A DNA stretch of 64,000 nt from the NCBI GenBank assembly GCA_019747735.1, contig JAIEQL010000007.1, forward strand, positions 10,456 to 74,455, read 5' to 3'. The DNA is from Chthoniobacterales bacterium. Its GTDB lineage: Bacteria > Verrucomicrobiota > Verrucomicrobiia > Chthoniobacterales > UBA6821. The position numbers and the translations under genes were made by a program. The stretch's first letter is position 1; each line of letters opens with the position of its first letter. The notes beneath the pieces were generated by a model, which made no database searches, was not told where the DNA came from, and saw only the letters and a list, made by a program, of their open reading frames with translations. Shown one piece after another: positions 6,843-15,525 of the stretch.

Positions 6843-9569
6843 CTAAAAATTCTGTGGCTTGGGCGGGCCAAACAACCCTAAAATGCCCTTCTTTTTAGGC
6901 TTAGGCATGGGTGGTGGTTCCAATTGGTATTTGAGGTTCTTTGCTTTTTTTCCAAGTTCCGATTTGCCTCCTTCTTCTTCACTTACTTTTTGCATTGTTT
7001 CATTCGAATCAATGACTATTGGCTGAATCATCACCACAAGTTCTGTTCTATTTCTATTTTGCTTGGTATGTCCTCCGAGCAAAGGTCCGATTACCGGAAG
7101 TGCACTAAGATAAGGGATGCCAGACTTATTATCTTCTTTTTCGTCTTGGATGAGTCCTCCAAGTACAATGGTGGAGCCACTGGGAATACGAACGCTGGTA
7201 TTGAGTTCTTGAGTATTAACAACAGGAGCATTGACCTTTTGTTGGGTTAACGCAGCGGTAGCGGCTACATCAACAGATTGGTTCTGTTGAGAAATAATGA
7301 GGTTAACTTCTTTATCGGAATTAATCAGTGGGATCACTTCCAATTTTAAAAGTACATCTTGATAGGAGATGTTAGCCGTCAGAGAATTGGCTGATTGATT
7401 TGGATTTGGGGTTGGAGATCCAGCAACAACACTACTGAGTGTTGAAGATTGATAGGGAATCCGTTGGCCTGAAAAGATCGTGGCTTTACGGTTGTTGCTT
7501 GTATACACGACGGGACGTGCAATGGTACGAAACTTGCCGGTGGTCTCTAAAAAATTAGCATACGCATCGACAGAACCACTGATAGCTCCAAAGAGGGTGA
7601 GTCCTCCTGCTCCCTGAGCAAGAGCGTTAGCGGCTGTTGTGGGAATACCCGCTGCTCCACCTCCTGGTGGAATTAATTGGGAGCCATCACCACTGAGAAG
7701 CGTGTTGAATCCTTTGTAATGGAAAAGGTAAGCAGCTCCATAATCCATTCCGTTGCCTAGCTTCATTTGGCCAATAACCGCAGCCAGATAAACTTGCTTG
7801 GGACGTTGATCGAGAAGGTCGATAATTTGACGTGCCTTGGCTTTGCTCTCTGGAGGACCGTAAACAATAATACTATTCGCTGTCGGATCAGCTACCAGAC
7901 TGGTCGCGCCAATGATGGCAGATTGAGGAGGAGCTTGTGGAGTGGACTCATTTAAACGATCGGCGGTATTTCCTCCTCCAGAACCTGACATGCCTCCTGA
8001 GGAGGAGCTTCCAGAAGAGCCATCCATCGAACCAGAAGAGCCACCAAGCCCTCCTCCCATGATGCCATTGCTATTTTTAGAGCCGTTTGCAGAGGTCGCT
8101 TGTGGGGTGGCTGTAATATTGTTTGTCGAGGAATCGTCATCTTTATTTTTGAGCATCTGAATAAGCACAGGAAAAACATCGGTGACCGACATATAGTTGA
8201 GTGGTCTTACGAGTGGCTCTTCTGGTTGCTGAGCTTGATCGAGTTTGTCAATGAGTTCTCGCACGTAGCGGTAGTTTTCAGCACGGGTCACAAGAAGAAT
8301 GCGGTTAGTTCTTTTATCGGCGACAAATTGTACTTTGCCACTGACCACGCGCTCTTCTTCAGTGCTTTCTGAGGAAGATTGAGTCACCGCTGGTTGTCCT
8401 TGTTTTCCAAGGCTTCCTGGGCCACCAGGGCCGCCAGGAGCTCCTGAGCTGCCACTGCTGGCAGCCTTACTGCTACCGGGAATGCTACTGCTCTCTTTTC
8501 CAAAGATCTGATATAAGGTATCGACTGTTTTTTCAGCATCAGCACGCTGAAGTTGAATAAACTCGGTGATGATTTGGGAAGGCTCGTGATCGATGACTTG
8601 GAGGATAGCAAGCGCTTTGCGCACGATGGGAGTCTTGTCGGTCATGACAAGAGCGCTTTTATTAGGAACAGCAACAATCGATCCAAAGGGATTAAATTGA
8701 ACGACCCCTTGCAAAATATTGATCGCTTCATTAGGTGTCAAAAAATGAAGTGGTTGATAAAAACTAACAAGTTTATCCCCGTCAACTGGAAGAGCTGATT
8801 CTTCCAGGTAGAGAGGGACACCTTCTGTGCGAGGAGGACGATTTGGGCCAAGGATCTTGATCGTTTTTTCATCTGAAGGAACCAAGGTATAACCATTCAG
8901 AAGCATGGAGCTTTCCAGAATGCTGACGGCATCTTTTTTAGAAATAGGATCAGCAATCATAATCGAGAGCTCAGGACCAGAGAGATTGGAGTCACGAATA
9001 ATTCGTTTGCCTGTCAGCGTTTCATAAAGAGAGAGAATTTCTTGAATCGAAGTATGTGGAAATTGGATTTTTATTTTGTCATTAGGAACATTCGAGGAAG
9101 GGGAGGGCACAACACTAGATTGTGAGGAGATAAGTTCTGTAGTAGATCCTTTTCCTTTGAGGGTTGGGAGTGTTGCAGCAATAGGAGGAAGTGCTATGGG
9201 AGATGAGTGGAGGTTAGAAGATGAAGTTGAAGTGAATTCTGCTTGTTTGTCAGCGTCACTCTTCGATGTTTTCTTGGGTTTTTCAGAAGGTGCTGCTATG
9301 GGAGCAGTAGCAGAAGAAGGATTGGAGGGTTGATTTGTTGAGGATATCGCTAGAGTTGGTGTTGATGATAAATCAGGAGAAGGTGTTGAGGAGGGTGATA
9401 GTGAGGGTGAAGTCGTTGGCGTTGATATCGCTGTTTCCGTTGGTGTCGCTGTTTCCGTTTTCTTGGAAATTTCTTCCAAGGCTGATTTTATAGCAGAAGC
9501 TTTCTCCTCTTGGGCGATAAGAGGAAATGATAAAAAGAAGAAGATGGTGATAAACAAAAAACGATTCAT
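6843..9569 (-). CDS. secretin (PilQ/GspD family) with Ser/Thr/Pro-rich N-terminal and Gly/Ser-rich internal low-complexity regions
   Basis: 908 aa with a signal peptide. C-terminal secretin motif ...GGLIQDEKEDNKSGIPYLSALPVIGPLLGGHTKQNRNRTELVVMIQPIVI. It is the last gene of the pilus/T2SS-like operon. Confidence 0.85.
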   Translation of the reverse strand: MNRFLFITIFFFLSFPLIAQEEKASAIKSALEEISKKTETATPTETAISTPTTSPSLSPSSTPSPDLSSTPTLAISSTNQPSNPSSATAPIAAPSEKPKKTSKSDADKQAEFTSTSSSNLHSSPIALPPIAATLPTLKGKGSTTELISSQSSVVPSPSSNVPNDKIKIQFPHTSIQEILSLYETLTGKRIIRDSNLSGPELSIMIADPISKKDAVSILESSMLLNGYTLVPSDEKTIKILGPNRPPRTEGVPLYLEESALPVDGDKLVSFYQPLHFLTPNEAINILQGVVQFNPFGSIVAVPNKSALVMTDKTPIVRKALAILQVIDHEPSQIITEFIQLQRADAEKTVDTLYQIFGKESSSIPGSSKAASSGSSGAPGGPGGPGSLGKQGQPAVTQSSSESTEEERVVSGKVQFVADKRTNRILLVTRAENYRYVRELIDKLDQAQQPEEPLVRPLNYMSVTDVFPVLIQMLKNKDDDSSTNNITATPQATSANGSKNSNGIMGGGLGGSSGSMDGSSGSSSSGGMSGSGGGNTADRLNESTPQAPPQSAIIGATSLVADPTANSIIVYGPPESKAKARQIIDLLDQRPKQVYLAAVIGQMKLGNGMDYGAAYLFHYKGFNTLLSGDGSQLIPPGGGAAGIPTTAANALAQGAGGLTLFGAISGSVDAYANFLETTGKFRTIARPVVYTSNNRKATIFSGQRIPYQSSTLSSVVAGSPTPNPNQSANSLTANISYQDVLLKLEVIPLINSDKEVNLIISQQNQSVDVAATAALTQQKVNAPVVNTQELNTSVRIPSGSTIVLGGLIQDEKEDNKSGIPYLSALPVIGPLLGGHTKQNRNRTELVVMIQPIVIDSNETMQKVSEEEGGKSELGKKAKNLKYQLEPPPMPKPKKKGILGLFGPPKPQNF

Positions 9570-9593
9570 GGGAAAAAAAGAGTGAGGTATATT

Positions 9594-10310
9594 CTAATCA
9601 AGATCATCTATATCACTGGGTGGCACATTATGAGCTCCTGGGGGATTGGGCATAGGAGGCCGGGTGATAGTCCGACGATCATTAGAATGAGGTGGAGTTG
9701 GAGAGTAATGAGGGGATGTTGAATAAGAATTTCCAGAATAATGAGCAGGTGATGGATAATTAGGAGATGGTGGATAAAAATTACCTTTATGAGTAGAGGG
9801 ATTAATACCAGGAGGGTAAGGACCTTTATTATTAGGGGGCGGAAAATGAGAAGGAGGCCCCATTCCAGGCTTGTTGGGAGTCACCTCTAGCTCAGAGAGT
9901 GTTCCTGTTTCTCCTCCAATAGAAACGGTAGCTTTTAGTTTGTTAGGATCTTCTTGAGGAATAACGGCAATGAGAGCCATTGCTTTTTCATTAGGTGTTT
10001 TGCTGACTAGTTCATGGCTTTGATCGTTACGGTCAAAAATAAAAATTTTATCTTCTCCATTGAGGTTAATAATTCCGGTAATGGCATAGCGCTCTGAGAG
10101 TGGCGAAGATTCTTCTATGGAGGATAAAGAAAAAGGAGAGTGTTGTAAAAGTACTTGAAAGCTCGAGAGCTGGCGCGGTTTTGTCCATGGAGCAGAAAAA
10201 GTTGGTGTGTTATAATTTTTTGATTCTTGGGAAATGGCATGAACGCCATTCCATGCAAGGAACAAAGACACAAGAAAAAATAAAGAGCGTTGAATCCAGG
10301 AAGGCATCAT
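9594..10310 (-). CDS. periplasmic protein, possible PilP/GspC-like secretin partner with a Pro/Tyr/Ser-rich tail
   Basis: Signal peptide. Central beta-rich segment YAITGIINLNGEDKIFIFDRN... C-terminal PPSHFPPPNNKGPYPPGINP...SPTPP. Its position between the PilO-like gene and the secretin matches pilP. The start overlaps the upstream stop by 4 nt. Confidence 0.45.
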   Translation of the reverse strand: MMPSWIQRSLFFLVSLFLAWNGVHAISQESKNYNTPTFSAPWTKPRQLSSFQVLLQHSPFSLSSIEESSPLSERYAITGIINLNGEDKIFIFDRNDQSHELVSKTPNEKAMALIAVIPQEDPNKLKATVSIGGETGTLSELEVTPNKPGMGPPSHFPPPNNKGPYPPGINPSTHKGNFYPPSPNYPSPAHYSGNSYSTSPHYSPTPPHSNDRRTITRPPMPNPPGAHNVPPSDIDDLD

Positions 10311-10858
10311 GACGAAGGAGGAGGTGTGTCAACGGGAATGGCTCTAAAAAATTGTTTTAACTCCAAATCAATGACGACTTTTGTCGGTTCTGTATCACTC
10401 TTAATTATAAATTTATTAATGGCACGCCATCCTGTTGGGGACTGTAACTCAAAAAGTAATTTGACCAACCCTTCGAAGGGTCCTGAAAGTTTCATTTGAA
10501 CGCTGACAGAGTCGGCAATAGCAGAAGCACGAGGAGGTAGTAAGTTTTCTTCAAGAATTTTCAATCCATTTTTTTCTGCTTCACTTCGTTCACATTTTAA
10601 GAGTTGAGCACTTGCCTGATCGTTATTCCAGAGGGGAAGAGGATGGGCGGTGAGCCAGTCTTTGGCTGGCTGCAAGGCCTCTCCAAGAGTAATGATGTTT
10701 TTGGCTTCTGCTATTTTTGAACGTGCTCCTGCTATCTTAGACCCAAGTTCGCGATGGATGTTCAAAAATACTCTTAGACTCAAAAGATTCAGAGCTAAAA
10801 AAACAGCTCCACAGAGTACTAGAAAAAGAGTTTTTTCATTCGGGGCTAGTTTTCGCAT
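10307..10858 (-). CDS. PilO/GspM-like inner-membrane assembly protein
   Basis: 183 aa with one N-terminal TM (LFLVLCGAVFLALNLLSL), a coiled coil and a C-terminal ferredoxin-like pattern (VQMKLSGPFEGLVKLLFELQ...VVIDLELKQFF). Confidence 0.6.
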   Translation of the reverse strand: MRKLAPNEKTLFLVLCGAVFLALNLLSLRVFLNIHRELGSKIAGARSKIAEAKNIITLGEALQPAKDWLTAHPLPLWNNDQASAQLLKCERSEAEKNGLKILEENLLPPRASAIADSVSVQMKLSGPFEGLVKLLFELQSPTGWRAINKFIIKSDTEPTKVVIDLELKQFFRAIPVDTPPPSS

Positions 10859-12221
10859 TGGGTAAAGATCCTTCTAGTTCAAAACGAACATTGTTTTTTC
10901 CTGCTAATTTAGGTTGCTCACTGACCCACTGGTATTCTTGAAGCTCAGGAGCGGCTTTAATAGATTCGATAAAATGATAAGCTTGGGACACATCAGAAGC
11001 TTCTCCAGTAATTTGCAGTTTTCCATCAGCTCCTGCGAGCGTAATAAGACGAATTTTTTCTCCTTTCATTTTGCTAGCAATGGTAGCTAACAAATCGAGA
11101 ACATAAACTCTCGGATCAAAAGCACCTCGAAACTCGTGCCAAGTAAGAATTGTTTGAGTCGCTTTTTCAATAGCCGGCTGGTTGCCTGCAAGTTGATGAG
11201 TGAGGTGGCGCAAAATACCTTCTTTCACCAAGAGATTGGCCCCTCCCAAAAAAAGAAAGAAAAAATAAACTAAGAATGCTAGAGCGATAATTTTTTTTAC
11301 CTGTTTTCTTTTTTCTTCTAACAAGCGAGCGTGACGTGCTTGTGGTGAGGGAAGGTCAAGGGGTGGGGTGGGGAGTATGGGTGCTGGCAGAGAAGCATCC
11401 GCTTGATCTTCCAAAACTTCTTGGAAAGAGCCTTTCAAGAAGAGGCGTGCTTCTTCGGAAAAAGGACCAAAGAGACGTACTTTTTGAGGGATTTTTTCAA
11501 GAATAGCTTCTGCTTGAAATTGAAAGGCCATTCTTTTGATCAGCCCAAGAAGTGATTGGGTGACCTCTGTTTCGCCACTTCCTGAAAACCAAACCAACTG
11601 ATCTTCTCGTAGAAAACCAAAACAAATTTCGCCAAGCTCTCGCCAGAGAAAGAGCTCTGCTCCCTCAGCAAACAAGAACCTTGCAGCAGCTTCAAAATGA
11701 GTTGCGTATTCCAAGTAAGGAACAGTCGAAGCCGATGGGGTGGCTGTAGAGGCCAGCGCCACAACGAGTGTGCGTCCTTCTTTTTGGCATAAGGGAATTA
11801 TTTTTAATCCCTCCGTCATGTCTCGCCGGAGCAGATGTTTGCTGGAGAGTTCCAGCATTGCCAGTTCGTGAAGGTTGCCTTCTGAGGCAATCCAAAGCGG
11901 ATGGATGATCAGGTCATTTGTCGGAACACCAACCACAAGATTTGCTTTTGGTGAAGGAATAGTGAGGGAGGAGGCTTGTGCTTCAAGAAGAAGTGGCGCT
12001 AATGTCTCTTCCTTTTTTTCTTGGGTCGATTTTCTAGAAGGTATTTTCCAAAGCTGCCATTCTCCTTTTTCAGACGCTGGACGCAATACAAGGAGATCAT
12101 CTGCAGAAGAAGCAGGGAGCAACTGTTCTGCCCATTCTTTTGCTTGATCGAGGGGAAGCATTCGAGCTAACGCCTCTATTTTTTCAAGTAAAGAGGAGAT
12201 GGAAAAAGAGAACTTATTCAT
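10836..12221 (-). CDS. PilM-PilN fusion / GspL-like assembly platform protein
   Basis: 461 aa: a cytoplasmic domain of about 310 aa, a TM (IIALAFLVYFFFLFLGGANLLV), then a PilN-like periplasmic tail (KLQITGEASDVSQAYHFIESIKAAPELQEYQWV). Confidence 0.6.
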   Translation of the reverse strand: MNKFSFSISSLLEKIEALARMLPLDQAKEWAEQLLPASSADDLLVLRPASEKGEWQLWKIPSRKSTQEKKEETLAPLLLEAQASSLTIPSPKANLVVGVPTNDLIIHPLWIASEGNLHELAMLELSSKHLLRRDMTEGLKIIPLCQKEGRTLVVALASTATPSASTVPYLEYATHFEAAARFLFAEGAELFLWRELGEICFGFLREDQLVWFSGSGETEVTQSLLGLIKRMAFQFQAEAILEKIPQKVRLFGPFSEEARLFLKGSFQEVLEDQADASLPAPILPTPPLDLPSPQARHARLLEEKRKQVKKIIALAFLVYFFFLFLGGANLLVKEGILRHLTHQLAGNQPAIEKATQTILTWHEFRGAFDPRVYVLDLLATIASKMKGEKIRLITLAGADGKLQITGEASDVSQAYHFIESIKAAPELQEYQWVSEQPKLAGKNNVRFELEGSLPNAKTSPE

Positions 12222-12256
12222 TGTTCTTGGTATCTGACAACGTGCCGTTGGCAGAT

Positions 12257-12411
12257 GTTTAGGGGTTTAGGAGTCTAGAGGTTTAGGAATAAAGAAAAGG
12301 TTAGCTCTGAAGTTCAAACCCTATTGAGCATGGATACATAATTTATTTTTATTAATTCAATTTGTTCTTCTGTTTCAACCTAAACTCCTCAACTTCTCAA
12401 CTCCTAAACAC
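12257..12411. repeat. inverted-repeat element with a C-free arm (gtttagg words) and a G-free arm, between the gspK-like and pilMN genes
   Basis: Left arm gtttaggggtttaggagtctagaggtttagg (12257-12287). Right arm aacctaaactcctcaacttctcaactcctaaacac (12377-12411). A compound hairpin ctaccaatgtcatgcaatgacctggtag follows (12411-12438). Confidence 0.8.
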
Positions 12412-12438
12412 TACCAATGTCATGCAATGACCTGGTAG

Positions 12439-13578
12439 TTATTGTTCTTGCCAGCTTAACATACTGTTATTTCCACCCACAGACATGACGACAATGATGC
12501 GATGAGTGACCCCATAACAAGAGCCAGAGCTATCAATACGACGTACGTTTCCTGTGATATCAAAATAATTTTTAAGAATGCTTTGTTGAAGTTGATTAGG
12601 GCCAATCAGTTTAATGGCATCGTCAATACTACTAAAAGGAACTCTTTTTCCAGAAATAGTATCAGGCTGATCGCACAACTTAATAAAAGTCTCCACTTGT
12701 TCTGGGGTGAGGCCAACGAGATCAATCAGCATATCTGGACTGCAAAACATAATATTAATTTTGCCAGGATTAAAAGTTGAGAAATATCTTTTCCATTGAG
12801 GCTTTGCTTTCATGACGGGAGCAAAACCCATCACCATGGCCATCTCTTGAGTATTAACAAAAGGAGCATTGGGTGGATAGCCATCTAATCCAATGGCCTC
12901 ATAATCGCCGCTTTTGGCGCCATGAGTTGAACGCAACATGGTAGGGCTTTGCCAGTCATAGAGTCCATCGATAGCAGTTTCTTGGTCTTTTTCTGAAACT
13001 CCCCAAGCTGTAAAGAGCCTTTGAAAGATAATGCGATCTGATTGTGCGAGCCAAATATTAGGATTGATGAATGCTGTTTCATTGTTGAGTTGGACCACAA
13101 AACTTTCTCCTTCTTTACTCGTAGGATCACCTTTCACTAAAAGTGGGTCGCCTGGTTTGATGTTGGTATTCATTCCCATGGCAATCCCGCTGAGAGCCAT
13201 TTGACGCGCACGGAAGACTCGTTCAGCGTGTGACTCTTCTTCTACCCAGTTATTGACGGTTTTTACCGTCAAGAGAAGAAGACCCGCTAGGAAAGCAATA
13301 ACCCAAAGAACCATGGGAAGGGCGAAGGCTCTAGAGTCTGTCCAAATGCTACTGCTGAGGCGCAGAGTGGCGTCGCTGTGATGCTCGTGTCCTCGAGTAT
13401 TTCCATATACACTGCGGTACTGCGCTTCTTGCTTCTTGCTCTGCATCCTGAGCAGCGCATTTGGGCCAGACTCTTTCATTTTGAAGCGACAGATTTTTTT
13501 AAATGTCCAAATGCTTGAAGTCATCGTGTTGCGATGACGAGTTAACCGAAGAGTGAGAACTGAAAACTTTTGTTTCAT
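12439..13578 (-). CDS. GspK-like minor pseudopilin with a repeat-derived N-terminal extension
   Basis: GspK-type N-terminus RAFALPMVLWVIAFLAGLLLL followed by a large periplasmic domain. The ORF start overlaps the gspJ-like stop (ATGA). About 80 extra N-terminal residues include the PE-A element. Confidence 0.65.
   Translation of the reverse strand: MKQKFSVLTLRLTRHRNTMTSSIWTFKKICRFKMKESGPNALLRMQSKKQEAQYRSVYGNTRGHEHHSDATLRLSSSIWTDSRAFALPMVLWVIAFLAGLLLLTVKTVNNWVEEESHAERVFRARQMALSGIAMGMNTNIKPGDPLLVKGDPTSKEGESFVVQLNNETAFINPNIWLAQSDRIIFQRLFTAWGVSEKDQETAIDGLYDWQSPTMLRSTHGAKSGDYEAIGLDGYPPNAPFVNTQEMAMVMGFAPVMKAKPQWKRYFSTFNPGKINIMFCSPDMLIDLVGLTPEQVETFIKLCDQPDTISGKRVPFSSIDDAIKLIGPNQLQQSILKNYFDITGNVRRIDSSGSCYGVTHRIIVVMSVGGNNSMLSWQEQ
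13333..13474. repeat. PE-A element inside the 5' part of the gspK-like ORF
   Basis: Termini agagtctgtccaaatgctactgctgagg (13333-13360) and cctgagcagcgcatttgggccagactct (13447-13474). The core gcgtcgctgtgatgctcgtgtcctcgagtatttccatatacactgcgg...ctgcatc is homologous to the acnA copy and to the 2050 copy. Confidence 0.85.
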
Positions 13579-14330
13579 CGTGCAGGCATTTTAAGGCCCG
13601 CTGGGGCTGGAGCTTTATTAAACTTTGGGTCTGACTGAGAGTTAGAATTCGTGACGTTAGGTGGCCTTATTGGCATGAAGGAAGAAAAAGAATTTTTAAC
13701 AAGAGCCGGAACATAAAAAATCGCCTCCACCATGCTTCTCATTCCAACAACTTCCATTTCAAGGCGGACTAACTGAGGTCTTCCAGCTCCTTGAGGCCAC
13801 TCATCAGACCATGTGCCGTTTTTAAAAAAACTCCAATGAGGTCTTTTTATTTTTGGTAGAAGAGTTACCCAAGTGTCCCCTTCATATAGCGTAGCTAATT
13901 CGGAACCTTGAATATTTTTAGGAACTCTCAAGATGGAAAAAGAACGTGTTTTGTCGTTGGCAGCTCGTGGTGAAAGGATCAGCGTTCCACCAGCAAGGCT
14001 GGCAAAACCAAATAAGCCTGTAGCATTTTGAAAATAGAGATCAGGAACTCCATTGTTGTTGGAAGCATTGTCGGTGTTTAAATAAATAGATCCATTAGCA
14101 GGGAGATTGAGAAGGGCATCACGTGTGAGGTGCAAAAAACCTTCGAGACGCCGCATCGTAAATTGCTCGATAAGTGCTTCTTTAGTAGACTCAATAGCAG
14201 CTGTGGAAATGGAGTAGAGCGCTCCTGCCAACAAGGCTAGAATAGTCATGGCAAGGACGATTTCTAGTAGTGTGAAGGCGGAATGCTTGGAACGACCATT
14301 GTCGTTGCAGTTGATAGCGACATTTCTCAT
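13575..14330 (-). CDS. GspJ-like minor pseudopilin
   Basis: Prepilin-type N-terminus KHSAFTLLEIVLAMTILALLAGALYSI. 251 aa. Overlaps both neighbours by 4 nt. Confidence 0.65.
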   Translation of the reverse strand: MRNVAINCNDNGRSKHSAFTLLEIVLAMTILALLAGALYSISTAAIESTKEALIEQFTMRRLEGFLHLTRDALLNLPANGSIYLNTDNASNNNGVPDLYFQNATGLFGFASLAGGTLILSPRAANDKTRSFSILRVPKNIQGSELATLYEGDTWVTLLPKIKRPHWSFFKNGTWSDEWPQGAGRPQLVRLEMEVVGMRSMVEAIFYVPALVKNSFSSFMPIRPPNVTNSNSQSDPKFNKAPAPAGLKMPAR

Positions 14331-14761
14331 GGACGATAAATAAGAATTTCAGCAGAGTCTTTTGTTTTTTTATTTTGAGCAGTAATTGTCAGGCGAGAAA
14401 TGCCCACTACCTCTTGATTGTTAGCGTTGTTGAGGGTAAGTGGGGTGAGGGATTCAGTGATAGCGATGCCGCTGCTAGTTTTAATAGTGCGGTCTCCTTC
14501 TAGTGGAGGATCGACCATGTTGTAAGCAAGGCGTGATTCTAGTTCCAGGCGGGAAAGTGCTCGTTCACGGGCTTCAATACAGGCTTCTGCCACTGATTCT
14601 AAGGCAATCACCAACCCTCCCACAGCGAAAGAAAAAACAGTGAGGGCTACTAGAACTTCGAACAAAGTAAAACCTCGTGCTCTCGCAAAGCCATGGTAGT
14701 TCGTCTCCCCGCCTCCGCGGGGAGAAGGTTGTAATTTGTGGTTCGTAGTTAAATGAGCCAT
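14327..14761 (-). CDS. GspI-like minor pseudopilin
   Basis: RGFTLFEVLVALTVFSFAVGGLVIALESV prepilin motif. 144 aa. The long leader contains a GC mini-hairpin (14705-14724). Confidence 0.65.
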   Translation of the reverse strand: MAHLTTNHKLQPSPRGGGETNYHGFARARGFTLFEVLVALTVFSFAVGGLVIALESVAEACIEARERALSRLELESRLAYNMVDPPLEGDRTIKTSSGIAITESLTPLTLNNANNQEVVGISRLTITAQNKKTKDSAEILIYRP

Positions 14762-14787
14762 GTCAAAAATTTATTTTATAGGATAGG

Positions 14788-14889
14788 AGAGTCTGATCAA
14801 AATGCGCTGCTGCGGAGGAGAGCAAGGCACGAGGCGAGCACCACAGTAATGTAGCTCTACGCCGCAGCAGTAGCATTTGGACAGACTCT
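14788..14889. repeat. PE-A element, short variant (102 bp), between the gspH-like and gspI-like genes
   Basis: Arms agagtctgatcaaaatgcgctgctgcgg (14788-14815) and ccgcagcagtagcatttggacagactct (14862-14889). The termini nearly match the 13333-13474 copy in inverted orientation. Core cacgaggcgagcac...gtaatg. Confidence 0.85.
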
Positions 14890-15323
14890 TACTCATCACG
14901 GGCGACTTGAGCAGTTATAGGATCAAACTTCATGGTAAAAGATGCTCCTTTTCCTGAAATTTGCAAACTGAGGGGATCACATATTCCTTCACTATTAAAT
15001 TGCCAGAGTTCATTAGCTGTGGGGGGGCGAAATTTTTTATCGTTAAAGCGCCTTATTTGAAGCTGCCAGCCTTCCGGAAGAAGATGGGAATCGGAGAGAG
15101 AAATAAATTTTGTTTCACCAGTAGTAAGTGCTTCTGAATGTGTTTTTTCAACCAAGGTAGCGATCGAATCTTGAATCCGGTCTACTTCTGTGTGATGCCA
15201 GGCATCAGCCATGTAAGGGGCGGCAGCAACCATCAAGATGGCAACAACGGCAAGGGCGATAAGAATTTCTAAGAGGGTGAAGCCGTTCTTTTTTTTCAAA
15301 ATGATAGATAGATTAAGTCTCAA
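14889..15323 (-). CDS. GspH/FimT-like pseudopilin
   Basis: KKNGFTLLEILIALAVVAILMVAAAP prepilin N-terminus. 144 aa. First gene of the minus-strand operon. Confidence 0.65.
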   Translation of the reverse strand: MRLNLSIILKKKNGFTLLEILIALAVVAILMVAAAPYMADAWHHTEVDRIQDSIATLVEKTHSEALTTGETKFISLSDSHLLPEGWQLQIRRFNDKKFRPPTANELWQFNSEGICDPLSLQISGKGASFTMKFDPITAQVARDE

Positions 15324-15456
15324 TGAGGAAAAATGTGAATAACATGAGAAGAACTCATTTTTACCAAGGCAAAGATTAACTCATCTATTGGTTATCTCAA
15401 GGATGATAAACGATCTGAACTAAGGCTATTTTTAGGATTGACGCTGGTGTGAATAA

Positions 15457-15481
15457 GTGGGAGAAAGTGGGGTGTTGTGGG
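15457..15481 (+). promoter_or_regulatory. three GTGGG direct repeats at 10-bp spacing, candidate MraZ operator
   Basis: GTGGG occurs at 15457-15461, 15467-15471 and 15477-15481, about 45 nt upstream of the probable mraZ ATG. This is the same repeat and spacing as the E. coli MraZ binding site. Confidence 0.6.
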
Positions 15482-15525
15482 GAAAAATGGTTTTATCATT
15501 TTTTCCTCAGTGTTTTTCTCCTCTC

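Noticed and set aside
7940-8110. Gly/Ser-rich segment of the secretin as another in-frame repeat insertion
   Set aside because: The DNA is low-complexity but not palindromic and has no similarity to the PE families. Flexible GS linkers are common in secretins.
15438-15466. TTGACG at 15438-15443 as the -35 box of the mraZ promoter
   Set aside because: No acceptable -10 hexamer lies 16-18 nt downstream (ggagaa / gggaga). The promoter position is left unassigned and only the GTGGG repeats are reported.
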